A stretch of 64,000 nt of DNA, from the NCBI GenBank assembly GCA_965214725.1, contig OZ243973.1, positions 1,166,257 to 1,230,256 on the forward strand, given 5' to 3'. Numbering within the stretch: position 1 is the first letter of the stretch; each line of letters starts with the position of its first letter. Both the position numbers and the translations under genes were made by a program. This document shows, piece by piece, positions 19,348-28,408 of this stretch. The notes beneath the pieces were generated by a model. That model was not told the DNA's origin. It saw nothing but the letters and a program-made list of their open reading frames with translations, and made no database searches. This DNA comes from Dehalococcoidia bacterium. GTDB lineage: Bacteria; Chloroflexota; Dehalococcoidia; UBA6926.

Positions 19348-19605
19348 TTACGAATCAGGGTTGGGCTCCGGTTCTGCCAAAGAGCCGAAATACACAATGG
19401 AGTTGAATGAGACGACGACCGTGAACCCGATCAGGAAACCCGTCACCGTGTCTGCCCCGGCCTCCAGCGAACTGAACATGTACTGTCGGACTAGAATGGT
19501 GATGAGCATTGTCCCGACCAGGATGCTCACATCGGCGACGAGGAGCCGCATCTTCGCCTCGAGGCTCGGGATAAAGAAACGATACATCGCGTTGAGATAA
19601 TTCAC
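19348..19605 (-). CDS. Small membrane protein
   Basis: Two hydrophobic segments; fills the intergenic gap. Confidence 0.5.
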   Translation of the reverse strand: MNYLNAMYRFFIPSLEAKMRLLVADVSILVGTMLITILVRQYMFSSLEAGADTVTGFLIGFTVVVSFNSIVYFGSLAEPEPNPDS

Positions 19606-19707
19606 CTATGAAACCTCATTGGACACAGATTGATTGTGGCGGCGCCATCAGGTACGCCAATAATACGCGGGCAGTTGAATGACGGTCAAGGCGGCGGGGA
19701 GCCCCGC

Positions 19708-21291
19708 ATGATGCACATCCTCCGTGCGGCGGTCACCCTCGCCCTTGCAGTGCCCGCCGTTGTGGCTGCAGGGTGCGACTCTCCGGAGACGCCCCCGGCC
19801 ACTCCACCCGCGGTGATGACACAGACGGCTGAGAGCGGCGCGCCATTCATTGTGTCTGACCCGACAGCGACGCCTGCGGACGGCGCGCCGCCAACCCCAC
19901 GGCCGACGTTCAGCACGGAGGTGATTCTTGATGAGGCTCGGCTGCGGGGGTCACTGACGGCCGCCCTCTATGAGCCGCCGGACATGGCAGAGGGTTCAAC
20001 GCTGGCCGGCTTTCAGGCGCCCGGCGTGGACCTCATTCGGCTGACCAGAGACCCCCACAACGCGCCATTTCTTGTTGACCTGTTGAGCATCCCTCCGTAT
20101 GGGCAAATCTATCGCGCCTACATTCTTGATTCGCTTCGTGATCTGACAGGGGAGGATATCGGGTCGCAGGACGGATTTGAGTGGCTCGAATGGGTGGGGC
20201 AACACCCGGAGTATGACGCTCCGCCCGCCGTCTATCCGTGGTGGAAGGGTGAGATTCTCAGCACGCTCGATGAAAGATTCCGTGAGTTCTTGCCGGATGA
20301 CGGCGTCGCCCACGCCATACGGCTCGAAGAGATTGCGTGGGGCGGAGTGCGTGTGGACGGCATTCCATCACTGGATGACCCCGCCGTCGTCCCCGCGTAC
20401 CGTGCTCGCTACTTGGAGGCGGATGAGCAGGTGTTTGGCGTCTCACTGAACGGCGAGGCGCGCGCCTATCCCCTCCGGATCATGAACTGGCACGAGATGA
20501 CGAATGATGTTCTGGGGGGCAGGCCGTTCGCGCTCGCCTACTGCACGCTGTGCGGCTCCGGCATCGCCTTTGACACCCGGCGAGGAGATGGCCGCGCGCC
20601 GTACATCTTCGGATCATCGGGCTTGCTGTATCAATCCAACAAGCTCATGTATGACGCTGACACGAAAAGCCTGTGGAATCAGTTTACGGGGCGGCCGGTT
20701 GTTGGCGAACTCGTTGGCCGCGGCATTCAGCTGCCGATCCTGCCGGTCACGTTGACCACGTGGGGCGAGTGGAACCGTCAACATCCGCAGACGACGGTTC
20801 TGTCCATCGATACGGGACATGACCGGTCCTACAACAAGCCGGGCACGCCGGGGGCCGCGTACTATGACTATTTCTCGAGCCCCAGCCTGATGTTCCCCGG
20901 CGGCCCGGGGGTGGACAATCAACGTCTGCTGCCAAAGGAGCAGGTTTTCGCGGCCATCCTCGAGAGCGGCGAGAGCAGGGCCTACCCACTGGCGGCCCTC
21001 GAGGCGCTGGGGGAGGGCGGCATCATCAATGATGCTGTGAGCCAGGTTCCCATCGCCCTGTTGACGGACGAGGGTGGCGGAGTGAACGCCTTTCTGCGGG
21101 AGGATCGGACATTCGTCGAGGTGTCACCGGACGGCGCGGTGATTGACGTTGATGGAGTGGCATGGCAGGTGACGCCGGAGGGCCTGCAGGGGCCGAACGG
21201 CGCGTTTCTCGCACGGGTCTCCGGCCATGTCGCCTTCTGGTTCGGCTACGCCTCATTCCGCCCAGACGGAGAGCTCTACACAGTGGAGTGA
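19708..21291 (+). CDS. DUF3179 domain lipoprotein (Cys form)
   Basis: AAGC lipobox; DGIPSLDDP, ARAYPLRIMNWHEMTND, YCTLCGSG, FGSSGLLYQSN.LMYD, FWF. Confidence 0.88.
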   Translation: MMHILRAAVTLALAVPAVVAAGCDSPETPPATPPAVMTQTAESGAPFIVSDPTATPADGAPPTPRPTFSTEVILDEARLRGSLTAALYEPPDMAEGSTLAGFQAPGVDLIRLTRDPHNAPFLVDLLSIPPYGQIYRAYILDSLRDLTGEDIGSQDGFEWLEWVGQHPEYDAPPAVYPWWKGEILSTLDERFREFLPDDGVAHAIRLEEIAWGGVRVDGIPSLDDPAVVPAYRARYLEADEQVFGVSLNGEARAYPLRIMNWHEMTNDVLGGRPFALAYCTLCGSGIAFDTRRGDGRAPYIFGSSGLLYQSNKLMYDADTKSLWNQFTGRPVVGELVGRGIQLPILPVTLTTWGEWNRQHPQTTVLSIDTGHDRSYNKPGTPGAAYYDYFSSPSLMFPGGPGVDNQRLLPKEQVFAAILESGESRAYPLAALEALGEGGIINDAVSQVPIALLTDEGGGVNAFLREDRTFVEVSPDGAVIDVDGVAWQVTPEGLQGPNGAFLARVSGHVAFWFGYASFRPDGELYTVE

Positions 21292-21386
21292 TGTCAAAGA
21301 GCCAGCCACCATACTCATGGGCGCTGCCAACCGGCGCCGCGCGTGATGCCGCCCTGCTCAACGTGGATGCGTGTGTGGATGATCCT

Positions 21387-22547
21387 TCACGGGGCCTCCT
21401 CTGCGAGCGCCCACTCTATTTCCTCACGCGCCGCAGGGTCTGCTTCTGTCGTGAGAGCCTCGGTCAGCGCGGTGATGGCCTGCTCGCCCCTGATGCGTCC
21501 CAGAGCCCAGGCGGCGTGCCCCCGCACGATTGGAGATGGGTCTTGCCGCAGCGTGTCGGCGAGGGGCTCGATGCTTGCCGGATCGGCGATGTTGCCGAGC
21601 GCGATGCAAACGTTGCGCCTCATTCCCTCCGGCTTGGCGCGTAGGACTGCGCTCTGGCGGAATCGCTCCCGGAACCCGTCATCGTCCAGCGTGAGCAGTG
21701 CGATGAGCTCGGGGCGGGCGCGATTCTCGGCTTCCCGCGTCAGCTCTGAATACGCCTTGCCCACGCGCGCCTTGCGGTTGACGGGGCACACATCCTGACA
21801 GATATCACACCCGAAGATCCAGTCGTCAATGAGAGGGCGCAGGTCACGCGGAATCGCGCCCCGGTTCTCGATTGTGAGATAGGAGATGCATTTCGTGTTG
21901 TCCAAGACATAGGGCGCGACGATGGCGCCCGTGGGACAGGCATCAATGCACATCGTGCACGCTCCGCACGTCTTCTTGAGCGGCTCATCCGGACTCAGAG
22001 GGAGCGTGGTGATGATCTGGGCGAGGAGCATCCATGAGCCCTGCGATGTCAGGATGTTCGTGTTCTTGCCGAACCAGCCCACCCCCGCCCGCTCTGCCAC
22101 TGCGCGGTCGAGCATCGGCCCCGTATCCGTGTACCACCGCGTTCCGATGCTCTCCACGCCCGTTACCGTCGGCAGCGATTCGATAAAGGCGCGGACCTTG
22201 CGGGCAAAGACGCGATGATAGTCCTCACCCCACGCGTAGCGGGCAATTCTGCCGCGCGGCTGTGCATCGGGCGGCTCGCCGGCATCCTGATGGTGGTGAC
22301 TGAGCGCGAGAGAGATGATGGCGCGAGCGCCGTCCAGCAGCGCGGCCGGGTCCATCCCGCGCTCCACACGCTCCTCCGTGAACCAGGGGAGGCCGTCCAT
22401 CAGTCCGTCTGCGACGCGCTTTTTGGCGCTCTCGCCGCGTTCAGAAAAGACGTCCGCTGCGGCGATGCCGACAACGTCAAAGCCGGCGTCCGACGCGGCA
22501 TCCTTGACCCGCCGCGTCATGTCGTCCTGTTCACTGATACGATTCAT
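21387..22547 (-). CDS. queG: tRNA epoxyqueuosine reductase
   Basis: IARYAWGEDYH, DTGPMLDRA.A.RAG.GW.GKN, CGACTMCIDACPTGA, FGCDICQDVCP, C-terminal HEAT repeats; start approximate. Confidence 0.95.
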   Translation of the reverse strand: MNRISEQDDMTRRVKDAASDAGFDVVGIAAADVFSERGESAKKRVADGLMDGLPWFTEERVERGMDPAALLDGARAIISLALSHHHQDAGEPPDAQPRGRIARYAWGEDYHRVFARKVRAFIESLPTVTGVESIGTRWYTDTGPMLDRAVAERAGVGWFGKNTNILTSQGSWMLLAQIITTLPLSPDEPLKKTCGACTMCIDACPTGAIVAPYVLDNTKCISYLTIENRGAIPRDLRPLIDDWIFGCDICQDVCPVNRKARVGKAYSELTREAENRARPELIALLTLDDDGFRERFRQSAVLRAKPEGMRRNVCIALGNIADPASIEPLADTLRQDPSPIVRGHAAWALGRIRGEQAITALTEALTTEADPAAREEIEWALAEEAP

Positions 22548-22617
22548 ATGTGATTGTTGCACGAATTCCCGCGCTCTTTTCGAGGTGGCGCATGGCATCT
22601 GCTGACGGGAGGGCATT

Positions 22618-23421
22618 GTGGTCACGGTGAATACCGGTGGGCGTGTGTTTCTCGTCAATGTGGGGGTTAATGCCTCGCACGGCGCTTTGCGCAGCCCGCT
22701 CTTTGCGGACGGGACGTTTGAGTTCCTGCCCATCCCTGAGAATCGGCGGTTGTGGTCGCCAACGCTGCCAGCGTACCCCAAGCTTGCCGCCTATAACGAT
22801 CCCGATAAGACACTCGCGGACTACGCGCCCGTCTCGCGCTGGAATGACCGCCTGCATGACGATCCGGAATTCCGAACGTTCACGTACGGGGATGACCCAC
22901 GCCGGACAGGACGCGGGGCAGGGTTGAGGTCATGCGGTCCGGGCGACTACCTCGTCTTCCTGGCTCGGCTGGTTGGCCATGATGGGCGGGATCACTTTAC
23001 AGGCCCGGCGGGTTTCTACGTTATCGGTTTCTTCTCCGTCCAGGATGTCCTGCGAGATGTGGAGGCCTATCCGACGGGGCGTGATTTCACCGTCTTTGGC
23101 GCAAATGCGCATATCCGCCGCGCGGCATACCACGCCCGCGCGCTGGACAGATTCTGGGTGTGGAAGGGAGACCCGAACGCATCGCTGCGGCTCCCGAAGG
23201 CTGTGCCGCTGGACAGGCCGTTGGCGGAATCAACACTGCTGGATGCTCGTGGCCGCCCGTGGGTATGGTCTCCGAGCCGGACAGACCTGCAGACAATCGG
23301 GTCATATACACGTTCAGGCCGCATGGTGATTGATCCGTCTGCGCCGGGCGGGCAGGAGCGCGCGGCACGTTTTTGGAAGGCAATCTCCGCACACAACCCG
23401 GACGTCCGCCCCGGCCTCTGA
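22618..23421 (+). CDS. Nmad3-like nucleotide modification associated protein
   Basis: SPLFADGTFEFLPIPE, HDDPEF..FTYGD, GDYLVF, YVIGFF, NAH. Confidence 0.7.
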   Translation: MVTVNTGGRVFLVNVGVNASHGALRSPLFADGTFEFLPIPENRRLWSPTLPAYPKLAAYNDPDKTLADYAPVSRWNDRLHDDPEFRTFTYGDDPRRTGRGAGLRSCGPGDYLVFLARLVGHDGRDHFTGPAGFYVIGFFSVQDVLRDVEAYPTGRDFTVFGANAHIRRAAYHARALDRFWVWKGDPNASLRLPKAVPLDRPLAESTLLDARGRPWVWSPSRTDLQTIGSYTRSGRMVIDPSAPGGQERAARFWKAISAHNPDVRPGL

Positions 23422-23443
23422 CGTCAGCAAGGTGCTTTTAGGA

Positions 23444-23749
23444 TTATGTATCCTTAGAGGCAGCCACCTTCGCGTGCAACTGTAATCCCAGTTCGCGCAC
23501 CACCTTGAGAATGGTTGAAATGTCTGTGGTGGTCTCACTGAGGGGAAGCACGAAGGGCAGTTTTTCGCCGTGATTCCTCCCACTCGTTCCCGCATCAAGC
23601 CGTGCCTTTGCCTTTGCGATGTCATTCAGAGTCGCAAGCAACAAGCGAGTGTCATCATCCTCAAGAGCCACACTCAGGCAGACGGCCATGTCCTCCTCGG
23701 TTTCGATCTGCTCCGCAGGGTCCCAAGGGAAGGTCTTCACTTTCGTCAC
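23444..23749 (-). CDS. Addiction module antidote (HI1420 family), possibly degenerate HTH
   Basis: T.PWDPAE.IETEEDMA..LS.ALE, L..IAKA; downstream of killer gene. Confidence 0.75.
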   Translation of the reverse strand: MTKVKTFPWDPAEQIETEEDMAVCLSVALEDDDTRLLLATLNDIAKAKARLDAGTSGRNHGEKLPFVLPLSETTTDISTILKVVRELGLQLHAKVAASKDT

Positions 23750-23759
23750 GGCTTCCTCC

Positions 23760-24047
23760 TCAGAGATTCATTGCCAACGCAATGGCGCGGGGGATGTCCC
23801 GATTCTGGCTGTTCTTGTCTCCGCCTGCCAGGAGAATAATCACGGCTTCACCTCTCTGCACGAAATAGACGCGGTAACCGGGGCCATAGTTAATGCGTAT
23901 CTCAGAGACGCCTCCGCCAACGGGCCGAACGTCCCCAGGATTGCCCAGCGAAAGGCGGCGAATCTGCCGGCCGATACGTTGGCGAGCCTCTCGGTCCCTT
24001 AGCCTCCCTAGCCAGCTTGCAAACAAATCAGTCTGTCGAATCTCCAC
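23760..24047 (-). CDS. Addiction module killer (HI1419, RelE/ParE family)
   Basis: F..WL..LRD, GNPGDVRPVGGGVSEIRI.YGPGYRVYF, LLAGGDK.SQ..DI. Confidence 0.92.
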   Translation of the reverse strand: MEIRQTDLFASWLGRLRDREARQRIGRQIRRLSLGNPGDVRPVGGGVSEIRINYGPGYRVYFVQRGEAVIILLAGGDKNSQNRDIPRAIALAMNL

Positions 24048-24186
24048 ACGTGTAGAATAACCGCGTACTGATTTTCACTCAAACTGAATGAGTGTGCTGA
24101 CGTACTAACCACGTATTATGGCGCGCGCATTTGGTTCAGGCCCTCGGTTCCCCTATACTCAGTGGAGATTATGAGATGAGCAAGCG

Positions 24187-25113
24187 ATGACTAGTCATTT
24201 TTCCTCCTTTACCGTGCGGACGCCTGCATCGACGGCCAATTTTGGGTCTGCGTTTGATGCTGTCGGTATGGCGCTCGACCTGTGGCTGGACGTGCGCGTG
24301 GAGCCGTCCGGCGCGGATGAACTCATCCTGCATGGCGAGGGCGCGGACGCGTTGCCCACAGACACCGCCGCCCATCTGATTTTTCACGCTGCCCGCCGAG
24401 GAGCGGAGTCGCTCGGGGTCGATCTGCCCCCTCTGCGTCTGACCGTCACCAACACGATCCCGCTGGCGCGTGGGCTGGGGAGCAGCGCTGCGGCAACCGC
24501 CGCAGGTCTCCTCATTGCGCGCACGGTGACGGGGCGTGAGCAAGATGCGGCAGAAACGTTGGTGGACGCAACCAAGATAGAGGGTCACCCGGACAACGTC
24601 GCGCCGGCCTTGATGGGCGGCGCCTGTCTGGCCGTGATGGAGCAGGATGGCACGCCGGTTGCGCGTCAGCTCACGTTTCCGGCCGGGCTTGATTGCATCG
24701 CCTTCGTCCCGGACGGCGAGCTGCCGACGGCTGTGGCGCGCTCCGCGCTCCCCCACAATGTCCCCTTAAGTGATGCGTCATTCAATCTGGCGCGGACTGC
24801 TCTGCTGATCCATGTTTTCATGACGCAACGGTGGGCCGATCTGGGCTTGGCGACAGAGGATCGGCTCCATCAGCCGTATCGTGCCGAACTGATTCCCAGC
24901 CTTCAGCCGCTGACCCGGGCCGCAAAGGATGCGGGGGCCTATACAGCCTTTCTCTCCGGCGCCGGGCCCACTGTTATGTCCATGGCACCCCCCGCCCGCT
25001 CTCAAGACATCAAGGACGCGATGGAGAGGACCGCCGGCGAGTCCGGGACTGCGGGGCGCACGCTCGTGCTTGTCCCCTCTCCCCGTGGCGCGCACGTTGT
25101 CATGGAATCCTGA
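24187..25113 (+). CDS. thrB: Homoserine kinase
   Basis: PASTANFGSAFD, IPLARGLGSSAA, EGHPDNVAPA..GG, DRLHQPYR, LSGAGPT. Confidence 0.96.
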   Translation: MTSHFSSFTVRTPASTANFGSAFDAVGMALDLWLDVRVEPSGADELILHGEGADALPTDTAAHLIFHAARRGAESLGVDLPPLRLTVTNTIPLARGLGSSAAATAAGLLIARTVTGREQDAAETLVDATKIEGHPDNVAPALMGGACLAVMEQDGTPVARQLTFPAGLDCIAFVPDGELPTAVARSALPHNVPLSDASFNLARTALLIHVFMTQRWADLGLATEDRLHQPYRAELIPSLQPLTRAAKDAGAYTAFLSGAGPTVMSMAPPARSQDIKDAMERTAGESGTAGRTLVLVPSPRGAHVVMES

Positions 25114-25117
25114 CGCC

Positions 25118-26350
25118 GTGCTGCGGGTTCAGAAATACGGCGGGAGCTCCGTCGCCTCCGCCGAGCACATCCGCCGTGTGGCCGCGCGTGTCGCCAAAGG
25201 ACGCGCGGCGGGGGATGACCTTGTTGTTGTTGTCTCAGCGATGGGGCAGACGACGAATCAGCTCATCGAGCTGAGCCGCAGCATCACCCCCAACCCTGCG
25301 CCCCGTGAGATGGACCTCCTGCTCTCAACAGGCGAGCTCGTCTCCGGCGCGCTGCTGGCCATGGCGCTGCGTGATTTGGGACTCGGAGCGGTCAGCCTGA
25401 ACGGGTTCCAGGCAGGCATCCGGACGGATACGGATTTCTCGCGTGCCCGCATCACGCAGATTGAACCCAAGCGGCTGCGGGATGAGATCAACCTGGGCAA
25501 CATCGTCATCGTTGCCGGATTTCAGGGCACGACGAACGATTTCGAAGTGACGACGCTCGGGCGGGGTGGATCGGACACGACGGCCGTTGCGCTTGCGGCG
25601 GAGCTCCACGCCCCCGTGTGTGAGATCTACACGGACGTTGACGGCATCTACAGCGCGGATCCACGGATTGTGCCGGACGCGCGCCGCCTGATGGACATCA
25701 ATTACGATGAGATGCTGGAGATGGCGAGTGAGGGGGCGCGTGTCATGCACAATCGCGCCGTTGAACTCGGCTGGGTCTACGATGTTCCAATCATGGTGGC
25801 ATCCAGCTTGCTGGATGATCCGGCCGGAACACGCATACACGGAGGGGAATTGATGGAGAATCGCAACAAGGTGCGTGGCATCGCTCACGATGCCGGCATT
25901 GCGCGTGTCACGCTGCTTGGCGTGCCGGATCGTCCCGGCATTGTGGCGCAGGTCTTCTCCCCGCTGGCGGATGCGGGCATCAGCGTGGATATCATCGTGC
26001 AGAATGCCGGCCAGCAGGGCTTGAGTGATGTCTCATTCACCGTGATGCGGGATGAGCTGACGGAGACGCTTGAACGCACCAGAGCCATCCAGGCCGAGTT
26101 GGGCGCGGCGGGCGTGACGGCGGATGAGAATCTCGCCAAGGTCAGCATCGTTGGCGCGGGGTTGGCCAACTCGCCCGGCTATGCGGGCGCCATGTTCCGC
26201 GCCCTGCGTGACGCCAACGTGAATATCGAGATGATCACCACGGCGGAGATCAGCCTGACCTGTGTTGTTCATCAGGATCGCGTGGAGGATGCCGTTCGCG
26301 CCCTCCATCACGCATTCAGCCTCGAAACGCCGGACGATATCCCGCGCTAG
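25118..26350 (+). CDS. lysC: Aspartate kinase
   Basis: VQKYGGSSV, VVSAMG.TT, TTLGRGGSDTTA, TDVDGIY.ADPR, two ACT domains. Confidence 0.96.
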   Translation: MLRVQKYGGSSVASAEHIRRVAARVAKGRAAGDDLVVVVSAMGQTTNQLIELSRSITPNPAPREMDLLLSTGELVSGALLAMALRDLGLGAVSLNGFQAGIRTDTDFSRARITQIEPKRLRDEINLGNIVIVAGFQGTTNDFEVTTLGRGGSDTTAVALAAELHAPVCEIYTDVDGIYSADPRIVPDARRLMDINYDEMLEMASEGARVMHNRAVELGWVYDVPIMVASSLLDDPAGTRIHGGELMENRNKVRGIAHDAGIARVTLLGVPDRPGIVAQVFSPLADAGISVDIIVQNAGQQGLSDVSFTVMRDELTETLERTRAIQAELGAAGVTADENLAKVSIVGAGLANSPGYAGAMFRALRDANVNIEMITTAEISLTCVVHQDRVEDAVRALHHAFSLETPDDIPR

Positions 26351-26368
26351 AGTGCGCTGAGACGCCCC

Positions 26369-27085
26369 GTGACTGAGTCAGCCGCCACCTCGCTGTCTGT
26401 CATCATCCCCGCCTATAACGAGGAATCCCGCCTGCCGCGCGCCCTCGAAACCGTCACCGCCTATCTGGATGCCCATTACGCGGACGCGGAGCTCATCATC
26501 GTGAGCGATGGCAGCACGGACGCGACGGAGCCCATCACGCAGCACTATGCCTCTATGACGCCACGCGTGCAGCTCTTGGCGCTGCGGCACCATGGAAAAG
26601 GTCATGCCGTGCGACAGGGTATGCTCGCTGCCACCGGCGCTGTGCGCCTGTTTATGGATGCCGACCTCGCCGTGCCCGTTGAGACAATCGCGCCGTTCGT
26701 CACGGACTGTCAGGACGCGGACATCGTGATTGGCTCCAGGTCAATCGCCGGCGCGGACCGTCGTGGAGAGCCCTTGTCGCGGCGCATTGGAGGCCGTGTG
26801 ATCAGCCGTGCAACCAAAGTGATGCTGGGGCTGAACGTGTCTGATACCCAGTGCGGCTTCAAGGCCTTTCGAGCAGAGGCGGCACAGCAGCTGTTCGGGT
26901 CTCAACGCGTTGATGGATTCGCATTCGACGCGGAGATTCTGTATCTGGCGCGTCGGCGGGGCTTGCGCGTCATCGAGCGACCCGTCACATGGCGGTACGG
27001 GGAGATGAGCGCCGTGCGCTTGTGGCACGGCCCGCAAACGCTGGCGGAGATAGCACGAATCCGCTTGCGGGGCGATTCCCGCTAA
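26369..27085 (+). CDS. GT2 glycosyltransferase (dolichyl-phosphate glucosyltransferase-like)
   Basis: SVIIPAYNEE.RL, DGSTD, GKGHAVR.GM, MDADL, DTQCGFKAF, FAFDAE. Confidence 0.9.
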   Translation: MTESAATSLSVIIPAYNEESRLPRALETVTAYLDAHYADAELIIVSDGSTDATEPITQHYASMTPRVQLLALRHHGKGHAVRQGMLAATGAVRLFMDADLAVPVETIAPFVTDCQDADIVIGSRSIAGADRRGEPLSRRIGGRVISRATKVMLGLNVSDTQCGFKAFRAEAAQQLFGSQRVDGFAFDAEILYLARRRGLRVIERPVTWRYGEMSAVRLWHGPQTLAEIARIRLRGDSR

Positions 27086-27192
27086 GTCGCCGTTGCCCTG
27101 TTGCCTCCCTTTCGGCTTGACATTCATAAGAGACTAGGTTTTAGACTGAGTTTGGACTAACTGCTGGTGGGCAAGCAGTGCGGGGAGGCGGA

Positions 27193-28047
27193 ATGACAAC
27201 CAAGGTGGAGTCTGGCGCGCGCGCGTTGGCGCATGACCTCAAGACATATTCGGAGGCGGCCGTCGCGTATGCGTTGGCGCAGGACTGGCCGCGAGCCGTG
27301 GAGGCCAACAGGTCCGCGCTCAAGTTGTCTCCCAACAATATTGAGGCGTTGAATCGGCTGGCCAAGGCGCTTCTGGAGCTCCGAGACCATGGGCAGGCGC
27401 GGGAGGTTGTGGAGTCCGCGCTGCAGATCGATCCCGCCAACGTCATCGCCCGCCGCAACCGGGACCGACTTGAGCACGCAGAGGCAACGGTGGATGCCGT
27501 GTCACCTGAGGCGGCCGGCGGCATCGTCTCCACGCATCTGCTGATGAGTGAGACGGGAAAGAGCGCCCTCGCCACGCTGATTGACGCAACTGACCGCACG
27601 GCTGTTGGCCATATGAGCAGCGGGGAGGCGTTGGCGCTGCGGCAGGAGGGGAACAGGCTGCTGGTCCATTCCAGTCGCGGTGAGGCGGTCGGGCGCGTGC
27701 ACCCGCGGCTTGCGCAGCGGATTGTGACACTTATCGAGGCCGGTAATCGGTATGAGGCGGCATTCCTGCGGGATCACCCCATGGAGGGTGTGCAGGTGAT
27801 TATCTGTGAGGTGTATCAGCATCCATCACTGGAGGGACGCCCATCATTCCCGCCGTCCGCACGATCTGAATTCCGGGGCTACATGCGCACCACACGTGAT
27901 CTGGTTGAGGGCGGTCTTGGCGGGCCGCCGGAGCGGCACGAGTCCGATGAGGAGGAGGATACGCCGGAGATTGATGCTCTGGTTCGCGCCCATGATCGGG
28001 GCGAACTGGACAAGGCCACACCCGCCCCCGCAGACGATCTGGAGTAA
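27193..28047 (+). CDS. Tetratricopeptide repeat protein
   Basis: ALNRLAKALLEL...AREVVESALQIDPANVIA TPR; GGAGG RBS. Confidence 0.8.
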   Translation: MTTKVESGARALAHDLKTYSEAAVAYALAQDWPRAVEANRSALKLSPNNIEALNRLAKALLELRDHGQAREVVESALQIDPANVIARRNRDRLEHAEATVDAVSPEAAGGIVSTHLLMSETGKSALATLIDATDRTAVGHMSSGEALALRQEGNRLLVHSSRGEAVGRVHPRLAQRIVTLIEAGNRYEAAFLRDHPMEGVQVIICEVYQHPSLEGRPSFPPSARSEFRGYMRTTRDLVEGGLGGPPERHESDEEEDTPEIDALVRAHDRGELDKATPAPADDLE

Positions 28048-28136
28048 CCGCGCGCCGTCCGCCGCCGCCTCCCATCACGCCCGCCCCGCAGACGATCTGG
28101 AGTAACCGCGCGCCGTCCGCCACCCCCTCCCATCAC
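28021..28136. repeat. 58-bp tandem duplication of the TPR gene 3' end
   Basis: cagacgatctggagtaaccgcgcgccgtccgcc occurs at 28031 and 28089. Confidence 0.9.
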
Positions 28137-28166
28137 GCCCGCCCGCCTCCCCTCACACCTGCCCCC

Positions 28167-28257
28167 CTCCCCTCATACCCGCGAAAGCGGGTATCCATTC
28201 CCCCGACGCCATCCCGGCCCGCCCCGATGGAATCCCGCGTACGCGGGAATGAGGGGA
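28167..28257. repeat. REP-like doublet (two palindromes in opposite orientation)
   Basis: ctcccctcatacccgcgaaagcgggtatccat (28167-28198) and gatggaatcccgcgtacgcgggaatgagggga (28226-28257). Confidence 0.85.
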
Positions 28258-28408
28258 TTTCTTGTTCCCGCGCGCCCTCGCCGAGAGGCGCGGGCATGAG
28301 GGCGTGTGCGGCGGTGTCACTTATCGGAACGGGCGTGCTATCCTGAATGTGACATGTGCGTATTGACACATGTGTGCATGACGCTCGTGAACCGGAAAGG
28401 ACTCTCCC

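Noticed and set aside
27131-27160. GACT direct repeats in the TPR gene promoter
   Set aside because: Too short and irregularly spaced to support an operator call.
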